DNA of 64,000 nucleotides. It comes from an uncultured bacterium (lineage in GTDB: Bacteria > Chloroflexota > UBA5177 > JANWHV01). The notes under the pieces were generated by a model that was given only the letters and a program-made list of their open reading frames with translations, did no database searches and had not been told where the DNA came from. The stretch is from positions 352,001-416,000 of the forward strand of contig CAVSOU010000011.1 in the NCBI GenBank assembly GCA_963729625.1, in the 5' to 3' direction. Made by a program: the position numbers and the translations under genes. Of the stretch, positions 43,753 through 54,113 are shown in pieces. Position 1 is the first letter of the stretch, and each line of letters begins with the position of its first letter.

Positions 43753-44553
43753 ATGGATTCGTTGCGCTGGACACTGTCACGACTGGATCTGGCAAGTGCG
43801 CTGGATATCGCGATTGTCACACTTGTCTTTTTCTGGTTCCTCGTACTGACCTATCAGACGCGTGCGGACCAGGTGCTGCGTGGTATTGCCGTGCTCGTCA
43901 TTGCCTGCGCGGTACTGGCATCGACCCTCCAGTTGAGCGTGCTTGGATGGTTGGTGGTGCATTCCTTTCCCGTTCTCGTCATTGCCATCCCGGTCATTTT
44001 CCAGCCTGAGCTGCGACGGCTTTTGGAGCAGGTCGGTCGCACAAGCAGGATCATCAATCACCCGCTCGCCTCGCTTGGTGCGCCCGCGGCCGACCTCACC
44101 GTCGGCCAGATCGTCGCGGCATGCGAACACCTTTCGCAGCAGTTGTTTGGCGCCCTGATCGTGCTGGAGCGTAAGACCGGCTTGCAGGACTACGTTGCTA
44201 CCGGCACCAGGCTCGAGGCTACCGTTTCCTTCGAGCTGTTGGAGGCCATATTCTTCAAGAATGCCGCGCTGCACGACGGTGCAGTCATTATTCAGGGCGA
44301 TCGCGTGGTGGCCGCGAAGTGCGTTCTGCCCCTGAGCGAGAATGAGGGCAGCGCCGCGCACATGGGCACGCGCCATCGCGCCGCCATCGGTATCACGGAA
44401 GTTACGGATGCGGTGGCTGTCGTGGTTTCGGAAGAGACTGGCACGATTTCCATGGCGGTGAATGGCAAGCTCGTCCGCGGCCTGACCGGAGATCGACTCC
44501 GGCGTATGCTGATGGCCTTCTATCGTGCGGAGGAGCTGCAGGTGGTATCGTAG
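43753..44553 (+). CDS. cdaA: Diadenylate cyclase CdaA/DacA
   Basis: Three N-terminal TM helices, FQPELRR, LHDGA and GTRHRAA DAC motifs, VSEETG. Confidence 0.95.
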   Translation: MDSLRWTLSRLDLASALDIAIVTLVFFWFLVLTYQTRADQVLRGIAVLVIACAVLASTLQLSVLGWLVVHSFPVLVIAIPVIFQPELRRLLEQVGRTSRIINHPLASLGAPAADLTVGQIVAACEHLSQQLFGALIVLERKTGLQDYVATGTRLEATVSFELLEAIFFKNAALHDGAVIIQGDRVVAAKCVLPLSENEGSAAHMGTRHRAAIGITEVTDAVAVVVSEETGTISMAVNGKLVRGLTGDRLRRMLMAFYRAEELQVVS

Positions 44554-44554
44554 C

Positions 44555-45925
44555 ATGATTCCCACTCTCTCCGATCTTCGGCAGACTCGCCTCAGTCGTG
44601 AGCGGATTCGCACGTTCTCGTATGTGTTGCGCACGATCGCTCTCGGACGCGTCCCCGGCGCCGACGAGCAGCGCATATCGAGCGGCACGCTCGCCACACG
44701 CTTCCTGATCGCTCTCGTCATGTCCATTGCTCTGTGGTACTACGTTACGGATCAAGAGAATCCTGTGGTGAGAAGCCAGCCTTTCACGCTTCAAGTGCAC
44801 TTCATTACGCCGAAAGGCCTCACCGTGCAGGACCCAAACAAGACCGTAACCGTCACCGCTCATGGCCTGCAAAACACCGTAAACAGCACCCAACAAATCG
44901 TTCCCGTGGCGGATCTGAGCAAAGCGGCGCAAACAGGTGGCGCAGTGACGGTGCCAATCAAGATCACGGGCAGTCGATCGGGTGTCGACTACACTGTCCA
45001 GCCGCCCTCCATCACCGTTCAGCTTGAGGCCCTTGTCTCGCGCACCGTTCCCGTGCAGTTCAATGGCGCCGCCATACTGCCCGCGACCGAGGATCTGGTC
45101 GCGCAGGACCTGTCGCCAAAGGCGCTGACGATATCGGGGCCCTCCCACTTGGTCAATCGCGTGACCAGCGCCACGGTGCAGCCACCGTCCAGCTCGATTT
45201 CGGCGCCCACTACCTCGACGACGGCATTCCAGTATCAATTCACTTCGGTGCCCATTCTCCAGGACAAGCTCTTCAACGCGGTTCCGTCCAACGGGCTGCT
45301 GCTTTCCAGCTCGCGAGTGACGGTGACGCTACAGGTCGGCGTGTTGTACGCATTCAAGACCCTTGCCGTGACGCCCGCGATAGCCGGCTGGCCACCCGAG
45401 GGCTATCTGCTCAATGCGGTTCAAGTCACGCCGCCAACCGTAGCCGTGTTCGGGCCGCCAAACGTCATCAACTATCTGAGTGCGGTTCCCACGACGCTCA
45501 TTCCTCTGCAGTCCATAACAAGGACCACAACCATCACGGCCCAGATCGATCTTGGGTCACTCGGACCAGGCGTCAGCCTTTATAGCCGCAGCAGCAAGGG
45601 TGTTGGCACCTCGGCAGCCACCGCTCAGGTGCTGATCAGCATTTCACCGCAACAGGTGACGAGCACACTTGCGGCCAGGGTGGTCGTGGACAATCTGCGA
45701 CCCGGTCTGCGCGCACTGACTGACGTAGTGTGGGAGGGGGTCACGGTCAAGGGGAACTACGCAGACGTCAAGGCTCTGGGCACGCTTACCGCGCATGTCG
45801 ATGCACGCGGCCGCGTCCAGGGTACCTACAATGTCAGGCCCAGCGTCGTACTTCCTCCGAGTCTCAGCCGCTACACGATCTCGCCGGCGACGATCCACCT
45901 GGTCTTGCTTCCTGTACACAAGTAG
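44555..45925 (+). CDS. cdaR: CdaR/YbbR-repeat regulator of CdaA
   Basis: TM ending ..LWYYV, repeated beta-rich YbbR-like units (V.P..V.V.GP); starts 1 bp after cdaA. Confidence 0.85.
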   Translation: MIPTLSDLRQTRLSRERIRTFSYVLRTIALGRVPGADEQRISSGTLATRFLIALVMSIALWYYVTDQENPVVRSQPFTLQVHFITPKGLTVQDPNKTVTVTAHGLQNTVNSTQQIVPVADLSKAAQTGGAVTVPIKITGSRSGVDYTVQPPSITVQLEALVSRTVPVQFNGAAILPATEDLVAQDLSPKALTISGPSHLVNRVTSATVQPPSSSISAPTTSTTAFQYQFTSVPILQDKLFNAVPSNGLLLSSSRVTVTLQVGVLYAFKTLAVTPAIAGWPPEGYLLNAVQVTPPTVAVFGPPNVINYLSAVPTTLIPLQSITRTTTITAQIDLGSLGPGVSLYSRSSKGVGTSAATAQVLISISPQQVTSTLAARVVVDNLRPGLRALTDVVWEGVTVKGNYADVKALGTLTAHVDARGRVQGTYNVRPSVVLPPSLSRYTISPATIHLVLLPVHK

Positions 45926-45976
45926 GCACCGAGCGCCCGCGAGACACCTCCCAGTCGACGATCTCGTTGCCTTGCG

Positions 45977-46807
45977 CTATCGTGTGGATGGCGCTGCGGC
46001 GCGCGGTTGCAGCAACCTGTCGGTATCGATCGCGGCCAGCTCCGCGAGGTTCTCCACCACAAGTGTAGGCTCGATAGTCGACGTGGTCAGTTCGGCGCGG
46101 GTAGTGACGCCGGTCAGCACGAGCACCGACGCAAGTCCCATGGCAGCCGCCGCGGGGATGTCGGTAACCAAGCTGTCGCCTACGACAATGGTGCGCACCG
46201 GGTCCGCGCCCGCGGAGGCAAGCAGGGTCCTGTAGAGCAGCGGGCCGGGCTTTCCGATGGAGACAGCGGGCTGGCGGCAGGCCGCCTCAAGAGCGGCAAC
46301 TATGGCGCCGGCGCCCGGCCAGATGCGGCCATTTGCGCCAGGGAATTGCGGATCGCGATTCGTAGCCACGAGCGTGGCGCCACGCAGCACTGCTTGCTGG
46401 ACACGCGCAAGCTTTTCGTACGTGAAGTGACGGTCGAGACCCGCCACAACGACATCGGGCTGCAAGCCGAGGTCGACCGCCGCATCGTAGACACGAATCC
46501 CAACCGCCTCCAACTCCGTCTTCAATGCCTCCGAACCGACGACCAAGGCTGTCTGAGGAGGAATGTCCAGGGCACGCAGGTACTCCGCGGTAGCCGACGC
46601 CGAGGTTGCGATGTCCTCTGGCCGTGCGGGCACGCCGGCTTCGGCAATCCGCTCCGCGAACTCCGCGCGAAGTCTTGTCGCGTTGTTGGTGGCGAACAGA
46701 ATGCGGTGACCGGCTGCTCGAAGCGCCGCTATTGCTTCAGCGGCAAACGGCACCCGCTCACGGTCGCGATAGATCACGCCATCAAGGTCGAAAATGAAAG
46801 TGTTCAT
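45977..46807 (-). CDS. HAD-IIA hydrolase (NagD-like)
   Basis: FDLDGV, TNN, ATNRD, IGKP, VGDSLVTDI, VLTGVT. Confidence 0.92.
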   Translation of the reverse strand: MNTFIFDLDGVIYRDRERVPFAAEAIAALRAAGHRILFATNNATRLRAEFAERIAEAGVPARPEDIATSASATAEYLRALDIPPQTALVVGSEALKTELEAVGIRVYDAAVDLGLQPDVVVAGLDRHFTYEKLARVQQAVLRGATLVATNRDPQFPGANGRIWPGAGAIVAALEAACRQPAVSIGKPGPLLYRTLLASAGADPVRTIVVGDSLVTDIPAAAAMGLASVLVLTGVTTRAELTTSTIEPTLVVENLAELAAIDTDRLLQPRAAAPSTR

Positions 46808-47014
46808 GCGTATCAGGATACCCGGAGCGGCAGGCCGGCCGCGGCCCCACGTCGAATTGTCGTCTCCGCCGCCGCACACAGGCTCCTGATATGCCACTTG
46901 TGACTGCCGGCCACGCGTGTTATGAACAATGCAGCAGCGAAAAGCAGCCGCGGGCGTAGAGGTTGATCAGAGCACGGTAGCCTGGGTATCGCTGACGCAG
47001 ATTGGGTAGAGGCC

Positions 47015-48898
47015 GTGGCCGACGAGCGCGAACTGATCAAGGAGCGCCTGCTCATTGAGACTCTAGTGGGCGAGCGCGTAGCGCTTCGGCGCTCGGGTCG
47101 TAACCTCATAGGACTCTGTCCCTTTCACAAAGAGAAGAGCCCGTCCTTTCTCGTCTCGCCAGAGCGTGGGACTTTTCATTGCTTCGGCTGCGGCGCCGGC
47201 GGCGATATCTTCCGTTTCTACATGCTGATAAACAAAGTGGAATTTCCGGAGGCTCTACAGGCGCTCGCAGCCCGCGCGGGCGTGGAGCTCGATCCCGAAA
47301 CAGCCAGACGCAAGGCCAGCGAAGCACGTGGCTATGACGTGCTGCAGGCAGTGAGCCTCTACTTCCAGCAGGCTTTGGCGGCAAGCTCGGGCAAGAACGC
47401 CCGCGATTACCTGGCCAAGCGCGGGCTCACGCAAGCGACGGTCGAACGCTTCGCCCTGGGATTTCTGCCCGACTGGGGAGACGGCATGCGACGCGACCTG
47501 CCTGCGCGCGGCATAACCGTACAGGAACTCGTGGATGCCGGTGTGCTGCTTGTCTCCGACCAGGGCCTCGAGCCCTTCTGCGCGTTTCACGGCCGGCTGA
47601 TATTCCCGATACGCGACCAGCACGGGCGTGTGTGCGGCTTCGGAGGACGTATTCTCGGCGACGGTCAGCCAAAGTATCTTAATTCGCGCCAGAGCGCATT
47701 GTTCGACAAGAGCGCCGTGCTGTACGCGATTGACAGGGCGGCTGAGGTCATTCGAGGCTCGGGTGAAGCCGTGATCGTAGAAGGCTACATGGATGCCCTG
47801 CGGGCGCACCAGGACGGTTTCAATAATGTCGTGGCCAGTCTCGGCACGGCAATTACCGTGGGGCAGCTCACAATGCTGAGCCGGCTTCGCGGTCGCGACG
47901 TCGCACCACTACGCACGGTGCTGGCGCTGGATGCAGATCCAGCGGGTGCTCGAGCCGCGGCTGAGGCCGGGGTGCGTGCCGTGGTGGCCATGCGCGAGCC
48001 GCAAAGGTCCAGCACGCCAACAGTGGGAAAGGCGCCTCAGGCGCCGCTCGAGCTCCGCATCGCAACTCTTCCGGAGGGCTACGATCCGGATGACCTGATT
48101 GCCGAAGATCCTGGCCGCTGGCGGCAGGCGATCGCCGATGCCAAGCCAGCCATGGATCACCTCTTCGATCTTGTGCTGGGCAGCCTGGATCGGCGGCTTC
48201 CCACGTTTACACAGGACCTCCTGGCCCAACTGCTGCCACTGATCGGTCAGCTACCGGGAGTAGGCCAGCAGCAGCCCTATCTCGAGCGACTACAGACGAT
48301 CACGCACATCGAGACCTCGGCGCTGCGTGGCGAACTGGCACGATTGCGCAGCGAAGCCCGGCGTGGGCGACGGGCTCCCACCGCGCGGCAGTCAGAGATC
48401 GCCACCCTGCGGCAGGCAGCGCAAGCGCGTGACCCACGCGAGGAAATCGAGAACGAGCTGCTCAGGTTCCTGCTCCAGAACATGCCACTCGACGACGAGG
48501 TGCTTCAGGCACTCGATAACCTGCCTCTCCAGTCTGCCGCCCGCGCGATCATTGTCGAAGCCGTCCTGGCAGCGCAAAGCGCGTCGAGATCACCGACCGT
48601 CGAGCAGGTACGCGGGCTGCTCGGACCGGAGGAAACCGAGACGCTCGACCACGTCCTCGACAGTCCACCGCCTCCTCCAGTCGAACGACACAAGGTAGCG
48701 TCGGCGATAAGGGTGTACCGGTCGCGGCTCGAGCGCATCAATCAGAGCGACCGTCTGCGTGAGCAGAGCTCGTTGCTGGATCAGGTAGACAGCCAGACGG
48801 CGCGAGAGCTTCTAGGCCCGACCCGCGATCTGATCGCCTCGCGTCAAGAACTCAACCGGCGCATGCTGGAAGAACAGTCGAAGTATCATTTGCAGTGA
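47015..48898 (+). CDS. dnaG: DNA primase
   Basis: CPFH...CFGC zinc finger, FPIRD, GFGGR, PKYLNS, VEGYMD, DAD.AG, DPDD. Confidence 0.97.
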   Translation: MADERELIKERLLIETLVGERVALRRSGRNLIGLCPFHKEKSPSFLVSPERGTFHCFGCGAGGDIFRFYMLINKVEFPEALQALAARAGVELDPETARRKASEARGYDVLQAVSLYFQQALAASSGKNARDYLAKRGLTQATVERFALGFLPDWGDGMRRDLPARGITVQELVDAGVLLVSDQGLEPFCAFHGRLIFPIRDQHGRVCGFGGRILGDGQPKYLNSRQSALFDKSAVLYAIDRAAEVIRGSGEAVIVEGYMDALRAHQDGFNNVVASLGTAITVGQLTMLSRLRGRDVAPLRTVLALDADPAGARAAAEAGVRAVVAMREPQRSSTPTVGKAPQAPLELRIATLPEGYDPDDLIAEDPGRWRQAIADAKPAMDHLFDLVLGSLDRRLPTFTQDLLAQLLPLIGQLPGVGQQQPYLERLQTITHIETSALRGELARLRSEARRGRRAPTARQSEIATLRQAAQARDPREEIENELLRFLLQNMPLDDEVLQALDNLPLQSAARAIIVEAVLAAQSASRSPTVEQVRGLLGPEETETLDHVLDSPPPPPVERHKVASAIRVYRSRLERINQSDRLREQSSLLDQVDSQTARELLGPTRDLIASRQELNRRMLEEQSKYHLQ

Positions 48899-49112
48899 GC
48901 TGAGGCGGTGCAGGGAAGCATTCGACTGGTAGCTATTCGGTGGTACGCCCCACTGTGTACCCTGTGTAGTGATCGCCGGCAAGCTGGGACCCGTCTGTTG
49001 GCGCGGCGTCCATACCGACCGCGCCCGTGCTCACGCCCACCGGTTCGGAAAACCTTTTGAGAACGCGCAGGCTCATTGGCCCACGCACCAGGAAGCGTAA
49101 GGAGGAGCTACG

Positions 49113-51041
49113 ATGCCGGAGCGCAGTCGCGCGCCATATGGAACCTGGAAATCGCCTATCACTGCGGACACGGTGGTCGCGGGATCGATTAGCTTCGAAC
49201 AGATCGCACTCGACGGAGACCGAGCATACTGGGTCGAACTGCGGCCGAGCGAGGGTGGCCGTTGCGTGCTCGTCTCCCGGGCGGACGACGGCAGCATCTC
49301 CGACGTCATCCCACCGCCGTGGAATGCCCGCACGAGAGTCCACGAGTACGGCGGCGGCAGCGTCACCGTGGCGGGGGGATCTGTCTACTTCTCGCACTTC
49401 GCGGACCAGCGCCTCTACGTTCTCGAGCCAGGCGGGGAGCCTCGACCGCTGACCGCCGAGGGACTTCGCTACGCGGATGCCGATCCCGACCGCCGCAGGC
49501 GACGGCTGGTGGTCGTCCGCGAAGACCATCGAGACGGGGATCGCGAGGCCGTCAATACGATAGCCAGTGTCGCAATGGACGGCTCGGATGAGCGCGTGCT
49601 CGCGTCGGGCCACGATTTCTACTCCAATCCGCGGCTCAGCCCAGACGGCACGAAGCTGGCCTGGCTGGCCTGGAACCATCCCAACATGCCCTGGGACACC
49701 TGCGAGCTCTGGGTAGCTTCCGTCGACGAAGGCGGCATGCTGGGACAGACGACGTGTGTTGCAGGCGGGCACGACGAGTCGATATTTCAGCCATCGTGGT
49801 CGCCAGAGGGTGTGCTGCACTGGGTGTCGGACCGCTCAGGTTGGTGGAATCTCTACAGGCTCAACGGATCGGGATTCGAAGCGCTGTGTCCCATGGAAGC
49901 GGAGTTCGGCCACGCGCAGTGGGTGTTCGGCCTGGCAACCTATGGCTTCGTCGACGAACGGACGCTCCTCTGCGTTTATGAGCAGAGCGGCAAATCGCAC
50001 CTCGCGCTGCTGGATACAGGCAGCGGTGACTTACGGCCGATCGCCCCAGAGTTTTCGGAGTTCGGACACCTGCACGTGGCTGGAAGAACGGCCTGGGCCG
50101 TCGTGGGCTCGGCCTCGGAGCCGGCCGCTCTGGTGCAATTCAACATCGCCGACGGCAGCTATACGGTTCTGCGATCGTCGAGCGCGACGACGGTTGATCC
50201 CCTGTACGTTTCGATACCCGAGCACATAGAGTTCCCCACCGAGGGCGGCCTTACGGCATACGGATATCTCTACATGCCGCGCAACCGTGACTTCGAAGCG
50301 CCGGCCGGAGAGAAGCCTCCGTTGCTTGTGAAGAGCCACGGCGGACCGACTGGCAACACGTCGGGCACCTTCAGCGCCGGCTACCAGTACTGGACCAGCC
50401 GCGGCATCGCCATCCTTGACGTCGACTACGGCGGCAGCACCGGTTATGGCCGTGCGTATCGCCGGAGGCTGAACGGACGCTGGGGCATCGTCGACGTCGA
50501 CGACTGTGTGAACGGCGCGAAGTACCTTGTGAAACGCGACCTAGTCGACGGCAGCCGCCTCGTGATCGACGGCGGGAGCGCAGGCGGCTACACGACGCTG
50601 GCGGTCCTCACGTTTCGGGACACATTCCAGGCAGGGGCAAGCTACTATGGGGTGAGCGATCTGGAAGCGCTCGCCACCGACACGCATAAGTTCGAATCGC
50701 GCTATCTCGACGGAATCGTCGGGCCGTACCCTGAAAGGCGGGATCTTTACCTGGAGCGATCGCCGATCCGGCACGTCGACGGGTTATCGTGCCCATTGAT
50801 CCTGTTCCAGGGCCTGGAGGACAAAGTCGTCCCTCCGGCCCAGGCCGTGACCATGTACGAGGCAGTTAGGGCGAAGGCGCTGCCCGTGGCATATCTGGCA
50901 TTTGAGGGCGAGCAGCACGGGTTCCGCAAAGCCGAGAACATCAAGCGGGCGCTCGAAGCCGAGTTCTACTTCTATGCCAGAGTCTTCGGCTACGCGCCGG
51001 CCGACGACATCCAGCCGGTGGAGATCGCCAACCTGACATAG
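49113..51041 (+). CDS. S9 family peptidase (acylaminoacyl-peptidase-like)
   Basis: APYGTWKSP, HGGP, GGSAGG nucleophile, EDKVV, EQHGF triad; AAGGAGG SD. Confidence 0.93.
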   Translation: MPERSRAPYGTWKSPITADTVVAGSISFEQIALDGDRAYWVELRPSEGGRCVLVSRADDGSISDVIPPPWNARTRVHEYGGGSVTVAGGSVYFSHFADQRLYVLEPGGEPRPLTAEGLRYADADPDRRRRRLVVVREDHRDGDREAVNTIASVAMDGSDERVLASGHDFYSNPRLSPDGTKLAWLAWNHPNMPWDTCELWVASVDEGGMLGQTTCVAGGHDESIFQPSWSPEGVLHWVSDRSGWWNLYRLNGSGFEALCPMEAEFGHAQWVFGLATYGFVDERTLLCVYEQSGKSHLALLDTGSGDLRPIAPEFSEFGHLHVAGRTAWAVVGSASEPAALVQFNIADGSYTVLRSSSATTVDPLYVSIPEHIEFPTEGGLTAYGYLYMPRNRDFEAPAGEKPPLLVKSHGGPTGNTSGTFSAGYQYWTSRGIAILDVDYGGSTGYGRAYRRRLNGRWGIVDVDDCVNGAKYLVKRDLVDGSRLVIDGGSAGGYTTLAVLTFRDTFQAGASYYGVSDLEALATDTHKFESRYLDGIVGPYPERRDLYLERSPIRHVDGLSCPLILFQGLEDKVVPPAQAVTMYEAVRAKALPVAYLAFEGEQHGFRKAENIKRALEAEFYFYARVFGYAPADDIQPVEIANLT

Positions 51042-51212
51042 ATACGGGTTTGTCGATAGAGCAGGTGCGCAATTAGAAAGGTCACACAACTTGGTGACGG
51101 ACAGACCCGTTCGCAGAAGCCAGCGCCGACGCAGGCATCGGGGAGCGTGAGTTGTGCACGAGCCCCTGGGGGTCGGACGTGAGCCGTACGACTGCCCGCG
51201 GCGATCGTGTCT

Positions 51213-52427
51213 CTACACCGGTGTTGACTGCCATGGCTCGGCTGCGTGCTCCAACGTTTCTGTCGAGCCGCCAGAACGCGCCGCCCCCACGCGTGGTACG
51301 AATGTCGCCATGCCCAACCATGCCGGAACGACGAGAACGGCGGCGACGAGGAACACCCCGGATCCGTGGATGTGATCGTACAGCAGGCCGAACAGATTCG
51401 AGCCGATCACGCTGCTCACACTCATGAATGAGAGGCTGAACAGCGTCTGACCGGTGACGCGCAGCCTGACCGGCACGATGGCATCGACGTAGGCCACGCC
51501 AGCCACGCAGAAGGCGCCAAACCCAAGGCCGTGTAGCGGTTGCACGACGAAAACGAGATGGTAATCTCGAATGGCGGCGTAGGCCAGCCAACGGACGCAG
51601 CACGAGCCAAGGCCGAGCAGCAGGACCGGCTTGACTCCGTATAGCCGAATTACGTAGCCGCCAAACACCATCCCGGCGACCTCGCTGAGCGTCGCCAGGG
51701 CAGTGGCCAGGCCCAAAACATCCGTGCCGGCGCCCAGGTCCTTGAGGTACAAGGGGAAGAAGGTGTTGTAGGCGGCAAAACTTGTGTACCCCACGATGAC
51801 GAGAAGCAGGAATATGCTGACGCGGAGGTCGCTCAGGACGAATCGGAGGCCCTCGCCACGAGCGGCCCGCACAAGGCCTTCCTGTTTTGGCATCGCGAGA
51901 CTGGTCAGAAATGCGACACCTAGCGCGCAGCCGAACGCAGGAAACAGCCACAGGATGTGGTTGCCGAGAAACACTTTGCCAATGACGATCGACGAGATCA
52001 GAAAGCCGGCTGATCCGAACAGGCGCACGACGCCATAGCGGTTAGTCGCGCCTTTCAGACATTCCAGGGTGGCCGCATCGGCGAGCGGAGACGCTGGGCT
52101 GAGCACCACCGCCAGCAAGAGAACGGCGGCCAACAACACACCAAAGGGATGGAGCAACGGGATGATGGGAGCGATTACGGCGCCGCCTCCGAGTGCAAGA
52201 CGGACGATCTGATTGCGCCAGCCGAAGCGGTCGCTGAGCGTACCCCAGACCGCAGGAAGCAACACGGCGGCGAGCGCCGACGTCGATGCAAGCAGCCCAA
52301 TCTGGGCACCGTCGAGATGGATCGCTTGATAGTACAAGCTGACATAGGGGAAGTAGATCCCCATGGAGGAGAACAGGCCGAAGTACAGGAGCCTCATGCG
52401 ACCAGGCCCGCTTCCCCACCGATGCAT
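51213..52427 (-). CDS. MFS transporter (MFS_1-like / HcaT-LacY-like)
   Basis: WGTLSDRFG, YG.VRLFGS.GF, Q.LHG..F; about 12 TM segments; start uncertain (52439/52427/52397). Confidence 0.85.
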   Translation of the reverse strand: MHRWGSGPGRMRLLYFGLFSSMGIYFPYVSLYYQAIHLDGAQIGLLASTSALAAVLLPAVWGTLSDRFGWRNQIVRLALGGGAVIAPIIPLLHPFGVLLAAVLLLAVVLSPASPLADAATLECLKGATNRYGVVRLFGSAGFLISSIVIGKVFLGNHILWLFPAFGCALGVAFLTSLAMPKQEGLVRAARGEGLRFVLSDLRVSIFLLLVIVGYTSFAAYNTFFPLYLKDLGAGTDVLGLATALATLSEVAGMVFGGYVIRLYGVKPVLLLGLGSCCVRWLAYAAIRDYHLVFVVQPLHGLGFGAFCVAGVAYVDAIVPVRLRVTGQTLFSLSFMSVSSVIGSNLFGLLYDHIHGSGVFLVAAVLVVPAWLGMATFVPRVGAARSGGSTETLEHAAEPWQSTPV

Positions 52428-52435
52428 GATACCTG

Positions 52436-52726
52436 TCAAACCCTGGCTAGCCAGTCATCTTCGGCCGTAACACCACCTGCATTCCAGGTCGTTTCGATCT
52501 TCTGGTAGACCAGCTCGATGTCCTCGAGCTCATGCGCGTCGAACTGATTGAGCTGATCGGGACTTGCCGTGTATTGGGTGTACGAAGCGATACTCGCGTT
52601 CGTGAGCCTGATTGTCATGAACTGCACTCCGGCGCTCACGCCCCCGCCTGATCGTGCGACCGGCCGCCAGAACAGGAAATCGCACTCCGTCAGGTTCTCA
52701 TTTGTATACAGCACATTGGATTTCAA
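52436..52726 (-). pseudogene. Hcp/TssD (type VI secretion tube protein) C-terminal half
   Basis: NVLYTNENL...FWRP....Q..TIRLTNASIAS....E.EDIELVYQKIETTW..GG.TAEDDW resembles the Hcp C-terminus; the N-terminal ~70 aa are absent. Confidence 0.7.
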
Positions 52727-54042
52727 CCCGGGGAGCCGGCGCAGGCTGCCTCAAGGCGCGCGAAGAAATCGGGAAACGTCTTGGCTACGCAGCCAGGATC
52801 GGCGATCGATATCCCGCGAACTAGCAGCCCGGTGATGGCGAACGCCATGGCAATACGATGGTCGTCATAGGTCCGCACCTCCGCCCCATACAAGGCAGAA
52901 GGATGGATGACGAGGCCATCCGCGCGTTCCTCAACCTGCGCCCCCAAGCGACGCAGCTCGGTCGCGGTGGCGGCAATGCGGTCGGTCTCCTTCTCTCGTA
53001 TGTGGCCGATATTGCGGAGAGACACGGGACCGCGAGCGAAGGGAGCGATCGCGGCGACCGTCATCGTCGTATCAGACATCGCATTGAGGTCGACCTCGAT
53101 GCCGTCAAGCTGCGCTGGGCCGGTCAATTCGACGTCGTTGCCCACGGTCGCAACGTGACATCCCATCTGCTCGAACACGCCCAACAGGCCAAAGTCGCCC
53201 TGATCGCGAGCCAGCGCCAGGTTGCGAACGCGCACGTGGCCACCGGTCACGGCGGCGGCTGCAAGGAAGTACGACGCGCTGGACGCATCTGGAGCAATCT
53301 CGTAGTCGCAGGGCAGAAAGTGCTGTTCTGCCCGTACATGGTAGGCAGCCGGCCGGTCACGTGACGCATGGCTCGGATCACCGGAGACCGTCACGTCAAC
53401 ACCCCAGCTACTCATCATCGTGAGCGTCATCTCGACGTACGGCGCCGACGCGAGGAAGCTCTCGAGCCGCAGTATGGTACCGGACCGCGCGTACGGAGCG
53501 ACCATCAAGAGCGCGGACAGGAACTGCCCGCTCCGCCGGGCGTCGACCGTTGTCTCGCCACCGTTGAGCCCCGAGGCGTGCACTCGCACGGGCGGGCAGC
53601 CGTTTCGCATGATTGATTCGACGTTTCCGCCGAGCGCGTTGAGCGCTTCGAGGAGATCGCCGATCGGCCGCTGTCGCATCCGCGGCACGCCGTCCAGCAT
53701 ATAGTCGCCATGCCCGAGAGTGAGGAAGGCCGTGAGGAAACGGGCGGCGGTTCCCGCGTTTCCCACGAAGATCTCGGCGGTCTCAGTGGGAATCGAGCCG
53801 CCCGCGCCATCGACACGAATGGCTGACGCGCGCTCGTCCGCTTCCACGGCCACACCGAGCCGGCAGAGGGAGTCGACAAACACCCGGGAATCGTCGCTGA
53901 ACAGCGCCCCTCGAAGCACCGAGCTGCCGCGGGCGAGAGCGGCCAGTAGCAGGGCGCGATTTGTCTGGCTCTTGGAGCCCGGCACACTTACCGTCGCGTT
54001 GAACGGCTCCGTTAGCGGCTGCACGTGGTACGTCTCTGCCAT
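52723..54042 (-). CDS. aroA: 3-phosphoshikimate 1-carboxyvinyltransferase (EPSP synthase)
   Basis: PGSKSQTNR, GNAGTAARF, RMRQRP, SGQFLSALLM, R.KETDR, DDHRIAMAF, KTFP. Confidence 0.97.
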   Translation of the reverse strand: MAETYHVQPLTEPFNATVSVPGSKSQTNRALLLAALARGSSVLRGALFSDDSRVFVDSLCRLGVAVEADERASAIRVDGAGGSIPTETAEIFVGNAGTAARFLTAFLTLGHGDYMLDGVPRMRQRPIGDLLEALNALGGNVESIMRNGCPPVRVHASGLNGGETTVDARRSGQFLSALLMVAPYARSGTILRLESFLASAPYVEMTLTMMSSWGVDVTVSGDPSHASRDRPAAYHVRAEQHFLPCDYEIAPDASSASYFLAAAAVTGGHVRVRNLALARDQGDFGLLGVFEQMGCHVATVGNDVELTGPAQLDGIEVDLNAMSDTTMTVAAIAPFARGPVSLRNIGHIREKETDRIAATATELRRLGAQVEERADGLVIHPSALYGAEVRTYDDHRIAMAFAITGLLVRGISIADPGCVAKTFPDFFARLEAACAGSPG

Positions 54043-54113
54043 CACCTCTACCGTGCATCGCATTCCATGGCGTCATTATCGCACATGGCGCGGGCCTCGC
54101 GCCCGTCGCTTCA

